Positions 33,783-45,302 of a stretch of DNA of 64,000 bases are shown here, piece by piece. This DNA comes from Cycas panzhihuaensis. Lineage: Eukaryota; Plantae; Cycadophyta. The translations under genes and the position numbers were made by a program. The stretch spans positions 72,423,741-72,487,740 of the forward strand of contig CM041465.1 in NCBI GenBank assembly GCA_023213395.1, given 5' to 3'. A model generated the notes under the pieces. The model was not told the DNA's origin. It saw only the letters and a list, made by a program, of their open reading frames with translations, and did not search any database. Position 1 is the first letter of the stretch; each line of letters begins with the position of its first letter.

Positions 33783-34049
33783 TTAGGGATATCTCCCCCA
33801 TAAATGGAAATCAATAAATCCCAAAGCAGACTTAGATGTTGTTAATTCGTAAACTAGTGAAAAGACATCATCAGTCATAGTGCAAAATAATAAACCTAAC
33901 ACTTCATTATCTTTTCTAAAATTTTCTTTAAGGCTAAGGTCATATTCATGTTGTAAATACTTCAAAAGATTACGTTCAATAAAGTAAGTGTGCATAGTAT
34001 CATACCATAGTGAATAGTTATAGCCATTGAAAATGGGGAATTGTGCCAT
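33783..34049 (-). CDS. Copia-type gag N-terminal domain (frameshifted downstream)
   Basis: MAQFPIFNGYNYSLWYDTM matches the P.F.G.NY..W...M Copia gag start; continues as WDLLISIYG in another frame. Confidence 0.7.
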   Translation of the reverse strand: MAQFPIFNGYNYSLWYDTMHTYFIERNLLKYLQHEYDLSLKENFRKDNEVLGLLFCTMTDDVFSLVYELTTSKSALGFIDFHLWGRYP

Positions 34050-35376
34050 TTTGAAAGTAATTTAATCAATAAGAAAATGATGATAAGATCAAGTAGAAAT
34101 CTTGAATAAACAATGAGATAGAAACTAGAATTTTCTTTAAAATTTTGAACGAAGACAAGCTTGTTAGGATGTAAATATATACTCAACTTTATGATTGAAA
34201 ACTATATTGAATGAGGTCAAAATAGCTTAAAATTTTATCAATATGTAGATTGCTGAGATGTGAATCCAATAAAATAGACGGTTTTGAAAATGGATACCAA
34301 TAAATCACGTTTTGAATGAGACAAATGAAAGGACCTCCTTATGGAGCCTAACAAGAGCAGGGTAGGCAAAAATTGCATAAAAATACTAATTAATCCTTAG
34401 AAAAGTTTAAAAATGATCAAATATTATTGATGAAGTAATTAATATTCCAATTGAAAATTTTGAAAGAATATATTAAGCAGTGTAAAAAAAAGATTTAGGC
34501 CAATAAAATGACTCAACTTTAGTGATTTGAAATATAAGCAAAATATGTCAAAATATATGAAAAATATATCACGTTGAAGAGAAATGAGTCGACTTCCCAA
34601 CGGGACGGAAATGAAATCTGATAAAAATTGTAATAGTTATAGTGAAAAATGTGACAAGTGTCTTTATGGAGAATATTCAAGAAACAGGCAAAATCAACTA
34701 AATTTCTTATTTTAGCGATTAAAATATTAGTGAAAATGAAGTCAAAAAATTAAAGTAAAAGATGGGTATTAGAGTCTATATGACGTAGATCACAATAGAA
34801 GAAATTCGGATACAAAACAGTTTACCAACAATAAATAGCGGTTCTAAAACTGATTTTATCAAAAATGTAAAAACTGCTGAAATTTCGAAAGTCCAATGTT
34901 AAAAGAGGTGAAACGAGATCAAATGGGCACCAAATCGATCTTATGACCAGTCGAAATTGATCTACGGAAAATTTCTGATCTGATGGCGCAGGTTTCGTCT
35001 GAAACCGATGAGCCAGGGGGAAGTTATGGCCAAAAATGCGCCAATAACCCTATGAAAAAAAAATAAAAAATAAAAAAATAAAAAGAAAAAAGATTCTAAA
35101 AATGTGTTAGCGCCCTTTTGAAGGCAGCTAACGGTCATATGATAACTAAATAGAACCGAGGGTTGGAAATAAACCTTTTAAATTTTACATTTAAAAAATG
35201 TATTTAAATAAATTCAATTTATTAAATTTTATGTTAAAACAGAATAAATAAAAAATAAAAAAATAAGAAACAGCCGCAACACAGAAACGCACTATCATTA
35301 ATGGCTGCAGTTGCACATAATAAATGGGCTGCGAGCGTTGTTATTAATGAAGACGGCGCTATGATTGCGTAGATAT

Positions 35377-35546
35377 CTACGTGGCAGATAACTCCGGAGG
35401 AAAGGATCGATCGAGGATCGTGCAACGCCTACGTGGCAGATAGCTCCGGAGGAAAGGATCAGTCGCCTGAATAGATCGAGGATCATGCAACGCCTACGTG
35501 GCAGATAGCTCCGGAGGAAAGGATCAGTCGCCTGAATAGATCGAGG
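35377..35546 (+). repeat. Three tandem 52-65-bp GC-rich repeats, each with TACGTGGC (ABRE/G-box type)
   Basis: CTACGTGGCAGATA(A/G)CTCCGGAGGAAAGGATC occurs three times. Confidence 0.9.
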
Positions 35547-38500
35547 GGCCGCCTTGAATGGGCCGACTTCCGCGGATCGAGGAGACAGAACCCAATGATT
35601 GAAAGCGCAATGATCGAGATGGTAGAATCGAGGACGGAGGCGGCCGAGGATATGGCGGTGCACGCGGATGGCCCGCCACGATCGGGACAACGGCCATGAT
35701 GATTGAGGGCGAGATGGGAGAATGCGAGAATCACGTAAGGCGGGCAAGCACGGTCGGGCAGGCTGTCGAGCGGGTGTCTACACGCAGGCGATGGCACAAT
35801 TGAGGCGGCGGAGAGCGAGTTCTCGCGAGAACCACAAAAGGCAAGAATGCAGTACACATAGATGACCCACAGAGGCGAGACAACCTACATGCGGAGGTGA
35901 CACAAGCTTCCAATTGCGGGCGGAGATAGGCAATGGGAGACCAAACTACGTGGGGAGCAGGCTAAGTATAGCACGAGGCCGGGCCAATTGCGAGGATCGG
36001 ACCCTTATGAAAAGAGATACAATGAAAGGAGACTATAGTAAAAGGAACGTGAAGCACGTGGGCTAGCAATATTAGACCTTCAATTTTATTTCTCAAAGAA
36101 AAATGTGGAATAATCAGATGGAGCAATCAACTAGAAGCTGTTTTGGTTTCTTATGCACATAATATTTATTTATTTATTTTCTGAGTTCTCAACTTGGATG
36201 CACTTGCATACAACCACAATACTCTCTGAATCGTGTGATCATGTGTATCTCTTTAAGAATGATAATGACAATGCGTGAGACCTTCCCGGAAGATCAATGC
36301 ATGGTAGATTTCTATGATTGTAGAAAAATGTCAAATTAGTAATGTAACAAGCATATCAAACCGGGAGACTTCTATGTAACTCCTTCACGGAAGATTTATT
36401 ATGTGTAAAAAAATAATGAAGAAAATAAAGATTGATAGAATATTTCAAAGAAAAGCATATATTTGTTCAATATAAATACAGATTTATAAATCTCTTATGC
36501 TTTTATCATGTAACTATCTGAATATTGGCTTGCATATACAGAAATTTCTTCAAATAATAACAGTAAAACAACTTAATGGAGCAATATACTCATATAAAGT
36601 CATAATATTGATAACTTTTTCAAATAATTTGAATAGAATATATCATAAAAACTCTTATATATTTGTATTTGTAAATTTTTCAAAGGAATTTCAAATGTAG
36701 GAATATATTGAACAGATATATAAAATATGTAAATTTGAAAATAGAGAAGGACACGGAATACGTGGGTCATCTTTGTGGTGAAAATAAGCTTCAAAAGCTT
36801 CGATATCTGAGATCTGCAATGTATTCTTCTTAAAAAAAATATGCTCCAGAAATTGTAGATCTGTAGAAAACTTGAAAATATAGTTAAACAATATAATGGA
36901 AAATATAAATCTGAAATGAAATATAACAGATCTTGAATTAAATATAGTAGAAAATGCTAAGAAACTTGATAAAATAAACAGATCTATAGTAAAACAATAG
37001 TAGATCTGAGGTAACAGATTGCAGATCTCTGAAAAAAGCTTGATAACTTTTGTATACAGCTGATGCTCTTTTGTAAATCTGAAAAATATCAAAATAAGTA
37101 GACAAAGAAACTTGTAAACTGTCAAAATATATAATATATTTGTAGATCAGAAGAGAAAATAACTCAAATATGAGAATAAAAACTTGAATGTATATAGAAA
37201 AATCCTTTGTAGATCTGCACAAATCTGAAAATAGATCTCGAATATTTTTGAACCGAATATAGCTCAATAATAATCAAAATCTGCTGAAATAATATATAAA
37301 ACTTGTTAAAAATTCTCAGAAAATAAATCTAGTTAATATATATTGCTTGTAAGAAAAAATCTGTTGTAGAGTGCCAGTAGATCTTGTTGCTCTTCCTCAA
37401 AGCTTCGCCAATCACCGCCCGATACCAAATGATGGAAATATACTTGCAAGACTAACAGGTTAGAACATATATCAAATAAGCATAAACTAGTATTGCATCA
37501 ATACAACAGTGTATCACCATTACAATAGCATAAACACATGAGAGCCTTCATTGCTCAATCCATTGTAGTAGAATGAGTATTCCAAATCTTCCTCAAAAGT
37601 AGGTGGTGTCTCAAGACACCAGGGTTGTACACCCCTTAACATTTATAGTTTGGGGAGGAGGAAACTCCTCAACCGAATTCAAATTAATAATAAAATAATA
37701 CTAACTTAACTCAAATGAAACTAACTCAACTTACCTTAACTTACCTTGACATGTTGAGCATCACATGTCTAAATTGAGTGCCTGATCACAGTAGGTAAGA
37801 GGGAGTTGAGTGATGACATTACACCCAACATAAAGGAGAAGAACCTGTTGATATTATTATTGATTTATTGATGAGATCCCATGAGTGCATGTTATATGGA
37901 GGATTTAATATACATTGATTATTGGTTACAAATTAATTTCTTACTATTTGGCCAACTATAAGAAGGATACAACATCTTTGTTGAGAGGATTAAATCCTAT
38001 TTATGATTACAAGTAACATTTTGGCATTGAGCTATGTGTTAGGCAAGTTGGTTGTATGTTTGAAGAAAATTAATAGCCTATTGAGACGATTTATATTATT
38101 AGGTATTAATATTATGTGTATCTTTGTTTGTTGATATTATACGCTATTATTAAGTGAAGTTTCTGGCATTAGGCATCTATGTTTATGAGTTAGATAACTT
38201 TGTTAGACTATTGGGCAGATTTATGAGTGTTTGGGTACTTATCAATTGTTATATCTCTCTATTAGGCATGTATTTTGCAAATATGACATTGTTGTTAGAT
38301 TTTCAACATCTAAAAATGTTAATTTTAGCTTTTATAAATTAAAAATTTATTAAAAAATATTCCATGGATATCAAATTTACCTCAACAAGTCATGCAAAGG
38401 ATGTGGAGTGAAACCACAAACTTTTTTTTTTAAATATTCTAAAGTTTATAAACTTTATAGAATGATATTAAAATGTTTAAAATACCTTTTGAGATCCACT

Positions 38501-40719
38501 TAGCCCTTGGAGGAGGTTGTATAGACAATCGAGAGTCAGTACAATGACTATATCTCTCTCATATGGCATCATAATCAAGTATCGTTAATTATTCAAAAAA
38601 GTTGACTTGTAAGGCTTTTTAATGAGTGGTCATATGATATGCTTTGAAGAATTTGAATGTAGTTTTAATAGCATGAAGTTCAAACTTTTAGTTAACAAGA
38701 TGTTAAAATGAAGTATGTGATTAAGAAAAGAGGTGTTTTGTTACATGTTTATGCTTAGATAACCATTTTTAAATGTTTGTTCCATGGTGTAGTAGATGGA
38801 GTTAAGGGTTTTCAACTAGGTTTTCTCTTCAAAGTATAAGAGAGTTAGAAATATAAAAAATGAGAGTAGGTGAAGGCTACTTAACATATAAATATTGATG
38901 AAGCATTTGTGGAAAATCCATTCTATAGGATTGGTGGATATAATAACTAGTTATTCAAGTGCTTTGGTAGTTGTTTGTCTTTTATATGGAACTAATATCA
39001 TATCTAAAATAGTTATGTGACATGGATCAGATAATAAAGGGGGAATTCTAGGTAATGTTAATCTATGTGATTACTAAATTTGTGTAATTATCTATTTGAT
39101 GTATACTAGGGGGTTATATATGCACACTTCTTTATGTACTTGGTCATTAGTTGACCGAGTGGCTCCTGGAGTATAATTGGATAGCCAGGTTATGGTATAT
39201 ACTATAAACATATATTGGTTTAGCATAATACAATTGTAAGTGGTCATTTCCCATAAGTATATTATGTTGTGTTTTTGTATATATGATTATTTTATTTCTT
39301 TTACCTGCATATCTTATATTTCATAGTCTTGTATGGTCTTGGACTTATTATAGGCATTTATTTCTAATAGATCTAACACACATAAAAATATATTAAAGCT
39401 TCATATAGTGGATATACCTTTAATAATAAATTTTCAAGAAGAAACATGCAACAAATGTTTAGATAAAATCTATAATCAATTAAGCATATATCTATAATAT
39501 AATATAATAATCAAATGGAAGATTCATTGGTGTTAAGTTTTGATTATACTACCTTATTTTGGAAAACTATGATGACTCATAACTGAATTAATAACTACTT
39601 CAAAGTAGAAAGTTAATGAACACAACATTCTCTTGTATACAAGAGGTAATTATTATATATCATTTTTTAAGTATGCTTGAAGGGTAAAGTATTTTAAGAG
39701 GGTGAGTATTGTTATTTGCCTAATTAAGAACTTGTCTTTAACTAATTATTAGTTATTTAGGAATAGGTACATCAGCAAGTCATATCTCTTCATGTATGAA
39801 CACTATGTATGTGTGTGTGTGGTGTGTTTGAGGTAAAGGGTATTATAAATTGACCTCATCTATTTATGCATTAATTATTCCTCTACAGATTGCTTTTCAA
39901 GGCACCACATGTGTAATCTTGGAGATTGGCCCTCTTTGATAAACCAAGAATCCATTTATCTTTATGGTTAACCCATTTAAATCATCACATTCCTATAAGT
40001 GGGAAGCGTAACAATGAACCATTATACCAGAACTAGGGTAATATTTGGAAGTAAGAAAATTATTATACTTTTATGGATTTCTAATTGCCAAAGATAAAAT
40101 TGAACTCATGACTTTACATTCTTAGATAGAAACAAAATTATAAATACTAATATGAGATAGTATACTATTTTCAATGATTCTTCTATGGGTAACTTGAGAA
40201 AATCTCCAAGTATTCCAAGAGAAAATAGAGAAATACATGTAAAATAGAAAATAATTCAACCAAACCTAGCCAAAAACACATGTACATAGAGGTCTAAAGG
40301 ATCTTCATCCATATAGATGCCTTTTACCTACAAATAAGCAAAATGATTAGACTAATATTTGAATAAAGTATCAACAAAATGCTTTAAGTTAGGTCTAAAT
40401 TCATAAAAGGGGGGAAAATTATAATCGTTAGAGCACTATGAAGGGGAAATAAAATGTTTTTTTCTCAAGCATATCAATTTCCTTAGTAGGGGAATAATGA
40501 GGTCGATGTAAGTTAATTCTCTATTAGATTTAGAGATAATAAACTAGCCATGATCACAAACTTCTGGTTGAAAGGAGGTTTCTTAAACAACACTTCTTAA
40601 TGAATGTGATTATTGATCCATTCACCAAGGAGGGGGAGGAAGGTAAATAAATGATTTAACTTTCTATGGTTGTTCAATAGATATATCCTAAAATTGAACC
40701 TAGGAAGGGAATAAAGGAA

Positions 40720-41030
40720 AAAAATACTAAAATTCCCTAATTTTCTACACTTGAAGCATGCATTTGAGACATTGAGATATTGAACTATTTGATTAAAATA
40801 ATTTCATCTCTAACAATAATAAAAATTTCTTTAATCAAGGGCTTGGAAAGATCAACTTCAAGATAAGCTCTCAAATGAGGGTGATAACTAAATTATTAAT
40901 CTTAAGACTTATAAAATAGGTGATCAAGAGGAAAAGGTAACTTATCTATGAATGGCCATAGGAATAGAGAAAGGTTCAAGGGGCTTAACCCAAATGGGAT
41001 ATTCAGTAGTTACAGTTGCATGGACTAAAA
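40720..41030 (-). pseudogene. LINE ORF1 fragment (zinc-knuckle region)
   Basis: Minus strand reads HLRAYLEVDLSKPLIKEI...NACFKCRKLG. Confidence 0.7.
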
Positions 41031-41324
41031 ATTTTGAAGGCCAATAACTCATTATCAATAAATTACCAAGACCAAGATTGTATATAAAAATTCAAAAACC
41101 AATAATCCATTATCAATAAGTTATATATATAATATTATGAAGCACTTTGTGATCATTCATAAGAGCCTCATTTATCACTGACTCATCATGAAATCAATGA
41201 AAGTAATAAAACACTTGCATAATAATTGTCGATAGACGTAACTCTTTATAGTTGCCTTATCAAACTAGTCTTCTCACAAACTTTATATATATAGATATAT
41301 AAGTCTATATTATGTGTACATAGC

Positions 41325-43950
41325 AAATATCGAAAGGGCATGTGAAATCACAAAACTAAGATGTCTATAGGCTTCAAAACAATGGAAGAAATATATAAAA
41401 GTTGTAATGAAAATTTTGAGCTTAGGTCTTAAAGCATTAGTAAGGAAGTTAGATGAACCTTTAATAATGCAAGAGATGTATGCACTTGAATGTAGTAATG
41501 TAAAAACTTCTATGATATCATGAGTATTACTCTTAAGGGCTATTGACTAAGCCACCTAACCATTAAACTATGATATTAGACTAAGCAGACACATTAATAC
41601 CTAATAATACAAAAGATGAATCTGATGACACTCAACCTCATTATAGTGACAACTTTGATGGATTATAAAAGTTATTTGAGATTAAATATCTTTGAGAAAA
41701 CCTAAGAGGTTTAATATTATCATAAATTATGAGTATCAAACATTTTAAATTCGATCTTGATCTTTGAACACCATTTGATAATCAAAATTACTAAATAAAT
41801 ATAATGAACTACAAGAATAATATCTCTAAGAAATAGAATATTATAAAGCTCAAATCATTTTCTATGACTACCTACGATATAAATGCGAATCATCGCCCTG
41901 CTTATTTGTTAACAAGATATCATATAAAGTAGTGAACATAGAAAATACCCACCTAATATCAAACAAACTTGGGAATTCTCCTTGATCAAACTAGATGAAA
42001 ATGTAGCCATACAAAGATATGTTCATTTGTAGAATATGCATTAAATTTGGGTGTCATACCTCTAATTGACTTGGCAGAACAACTTAAAGAAATTATGAAT
42101 GAGTATGTAGGACAAGTAAAAGTAGAAATACATAGTCAATTGAAGGCTCAACAAGATGATACACATGTGGTAAAATATGACAAACACATAACACCATCTC
42201 TAGAATAATACAAGAGAACTTGTAACCCACATTTTGTAGATTAGATACTAGAAGATCAATTAGAAATAACCTCCTCTCCTAACCATTAAAAAGGGGCCCA
42301 AGATATAACACACATAAAAATATATTAAAGTTTCATTTGGTGCATACACCTTCAACAATACATTTTTAAGAAGATGTAATAAACATTTAGATAAAATCTA
42401 TATGCAACCTAGTATATATCTATAATCTAATATAATAATCAAATGGAAGATTCATTCATGTTAATTTTTTATTACACTACCTTATTTTGGGAAGCTACAA
42501 TGACTCATAGCTCATCAAATAACTACTTCAAAATAAAAAGTTAATGAATATGACATTCTCCTTTGTGCAAGAGGTAATCTTTGGCTATCATTTCCTTAGT
42601 ATGCTTTCAAGGGTGAAGAACTTTAAGAGGGGGAGTATTGTTATCTGCTTAATCAAACAATTATCGTTAATTAATTATTAGTTATTTAGGAATAGTTATG
42701 TTGATAAGTCATATCTCTTCATGTAAAGACACCATATGCATATATATGTATGGCCCATTGTAACATTATCATCCATTTATGAATTAAATATTTGTCTTTG
42801 GACTCCATATTAAAGCACCACATGTGTAATATTAGAGATTGCCCACCATTTCATCAATCGACCATCCATTTAATCTCTTTTGTTGACCTATTTGAATCGC
42901 CATAACGTTGTAACTAGGAAGCATAACAACGAACTATTACACCAAACTAGGATAGTATTTAGAAGTGACAAATTTATTAGACTCAATAGATTTCTAATTA
43001 CCAAAGACAAAGTTGAACTCATGGATTTACATTCCTAGGTAACAAGAAAATATGAATACTAAGTTTAGAGAGTATACTATTTTTAAGGATTCTTCTATAG
43101 GTAACTTGAGAAAATCTACGAGTATTCCAAGAGAAAATGGAGAAATATATATAAAACAAATAATAAATCAACCAAACCTAGTGAGAAGCACTTGTGGGTG
43201 GAGGTTTGGAGGATCCTCATCTATATAGATGTCTTCTACCTCCAAAGGAGTAAAATAGTTAGAATCATATTCGAATAAAGAATAAAAAAAATGCTTCCAA
43301 AGGAGGAAAAATATATAATCATGAGAGCACTATGAAGGGGATATAACATGAATTTTCTTAGGTATATCAAATTCCTTAGTAGGGGAATGATGAAGCTGAT
43401 GAGAAGCCAAGTCTCCATTAGATTTAGAGACAACAAACTAGCCATGATCATATTCTACTAGTTCAAAGGAGGTTTCTTAGATAATACACCTTGATGAATG
43501 TGACTATTGAATCACATTGGTAGAGGAGGAGGAAGAAGACTAATAGAAAATTTAATTTATTATGGTTGTTTAATAAATATATCATAAAAATGAAGCCGAG
43601 AAGGGAATATAGGATAAAATTTATGAAAATGCCTAAATTTTCTACAGTTGAAGCATGCATTTAGGATATTGAACTACTTGAGTAAAAGTTTTATCTCCAA
43701 CAACAATAGAATTTTTTTCAATTAAGGGATTAGAAAGATCAATTTCAAGACAAGCTCTTGGATGAGGGTAATAACTAAATTGTCAATATAGAGACTTGTA
43801 ATGTAGACAACCAAAACAGAAAAGTAACTATCTTAGAATGGTCATAAGTGTAGAGGAAGGTTGGGAGCTTAACCAGAATAGGATGTTTAGTAGTTACTAT
43901 TGCATGGACCAAACAAATTGTAGACTAATGACGTATTATCAATAAACTAT
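41325..43950 (+). repeat. Right, uninterrupted copy of the ~2.7-kb tandem duplication
   Basis: Matches the split left copy; includes PPT-like AAGAGGGGGAGTAT followed by TGTTA (~42625-42645) and a LINE ORF1 fragment. Confidence 0.85.
43610..43915 (-). pseudogene. LINE ORF1 fragment (paralogue of 40720-41030)
   Basis: Minus strand reads PHPRACLEIDLSNPLIEK...NACFNCRK. Confidence 0.7.
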
Positions 43951-44711
43951 TCAAACAAGTTGATAAGCTATCATTGAAAATTATATTAGCTTGAGAGGGT
44001 GCTTCAAATTGAAGTACTATCTAGCCTTGAGGAAAGAAGCAAGTGGATGAAATCCCCATATCTGATTCATGCCATACAACCTGCATCCACTACTTTAAAT
44101 GAAAATTTTGAGAAATCTGACCCAAGAAACCCACTACTAAGATGCATGCAAAATTTAATGATTCATATTCATGAATTGCTTCTTGATTTAAAGAAGTTTT
44201 TATGTAATCACCTCTTTACACAACTTGTGGAGAGCTCTTTGCAAATGTTCTCTCATCCTTGTGGTGAACAAATGAGTCTCCATGCTGTCTGTTGCCATAG
44301 TAAAGAGTATGCTTATAGTTTAGATGTGCGGTCGCTAGATGATAAGAAGAAGGATCAATGGAAAGGTCATAGGAGATTGCAGAGGTGACAAGGTTACCAT
44401 CTCCCTCGAAAGAAATATGAAAAAGATCACAGTTGACATAATGTGGGATAATAAAACCCACATGAAATGACAATTGTAGATATATTAAATAACAATGTTG
44501 AGCAAAAGAACAAGGATGCACACTATGAAAAGAGCACACGATAAAGGAATGAAGGATTGCTTTAAAAATTGAAAGATCACCTAAGAGACAAAATAGTGAA
44601 ACCATCCACCTTACAAGAGCACACACATGTTAGCTTTCAGCATAGGTCTAATCTAACATAAACCCAAAATCCTTTACAAGTGAGTATTCTCACAAATGCT
44701 AAAAGCGCAGG

Positions 44712-44829
44712 TGGTGGTGTAGTCTTAAAAGAACATTTTAGAGGAAGCTAGATTAAAGGTCATTGCTTAGATGGTGGTGTAGTCTTAAAAGAACATTCTA
44801 GAGGAAGCTAGATTAAAGGTCATTGCTTA
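44712..44829 (+). repeat. 60-bp tandem duplication upstream of the kinase
   Basis: TGGTGGTGTAGTCTTAAAAGAACATT(T/C)TAGAGGAAGCTAGATTAAAGGTCATTGCTTA twice, one mismatch. Confidence 0.95.
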
Positions 44830-45302
44830 CAAAGTACTCGTAAGTTTGTAAGTTAGTGCAGTAATTAATACACCAAGCATCTTTTAAAAATAAGAAAGTA
44901 TGACCATTTTTGAATTACACCGTCATGGTTTTGCCTTTGGTGTCCATGTTATCGTTCGTTGCCGAGAGATTCATTGTTTTTGAGGTTACGATGGATATGA
45001 GCAAGGCCATGCCTCTTCAGTTAAATGACACTACGCTCTCCTTCAAGAAGGGGAAGAGGACGAGTAGAAGAATACCAAGGTTTTGAATAATTACATTAAT
45101 ATAGTGTCTGTAGGCTCATTCCCTTAGGTCGGCCACGGGAATATGTGGATATATATATATATATATAGTAGTAGAGGGGCACAAGAAGGATATGAAATCG
45201 TGGATATTCTGATCGGAACACCGCACTGCAGCGGCGTATAATAATTTCCGTGAAGTATCCACGATCGGAAATTTGGAATAATCGGTTGACAGAGGTTTTG
45301 GT

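Larger units (their letters stand above)
32965..37830 (-). mobile_element. Young non-autonomous gag-only LTR element (TR-GAG-like), 3' LTR 32965-33363, 5' LTR 37430-37830
   Basis: Nearly identical ~400-bp LTRs TG...CA; perfect TSD TAAAG; PBS TGGTATCGGGC (37417-37427, minus); PPT AAGGGGGAGAA; no pol. Confidence 0.95.
31784..39369 (+). mobile_element. Non-autonomous LTR element, 5' LTR 31784-32093, 3' LTR 39046-39369, host of a nested element
   Basis: LTR pair aligns (CTAGGTAATGTTAA, GTTGACC(A/G)AGTGGCTCCT, AAGTGGTCATTTCCCA); PBS TGGTATTAGAAC at 32096; PPT AAAGGGGGAA; TSD GATAT/GATCT; empty site seen at ~42300. Confidence 0.88.
27582..41065 (+). repeat. Left copy of a ~2.7-kb tandem duplication (27582-27829 + 31045-31783 + 39375-41065), split by later insertions
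   Basis: Colinear similarity with 41325-43950 across both insertion sites. Confidence 0.85.

Noticed and set aside
35377-35546. Repeats with spacer-like gaps (CRISPR-like look)
   Set aside because: The intervening sequences are themselves repeated, the context is a eukaryotic TE, and there are no cas genes.
35234-35913. Overlapping 60-149-aa minus-strand ORFs
   Set aside because: Explained by local high GC and tandem repeats; no recognisable domain.
36497-37267. Hydrophobic Phe/Ile/Leu-rich ORFs suggesting an env-like protein
   Set aside because: Result of strand-biased T-rich composition; they occur in several overlapping frames.
43999-44626. 129-aa (+) and 136-aa (-) ORFs upstream of the kinase
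   Set aside because: No recognisable motif; probably decayed TE sequence.
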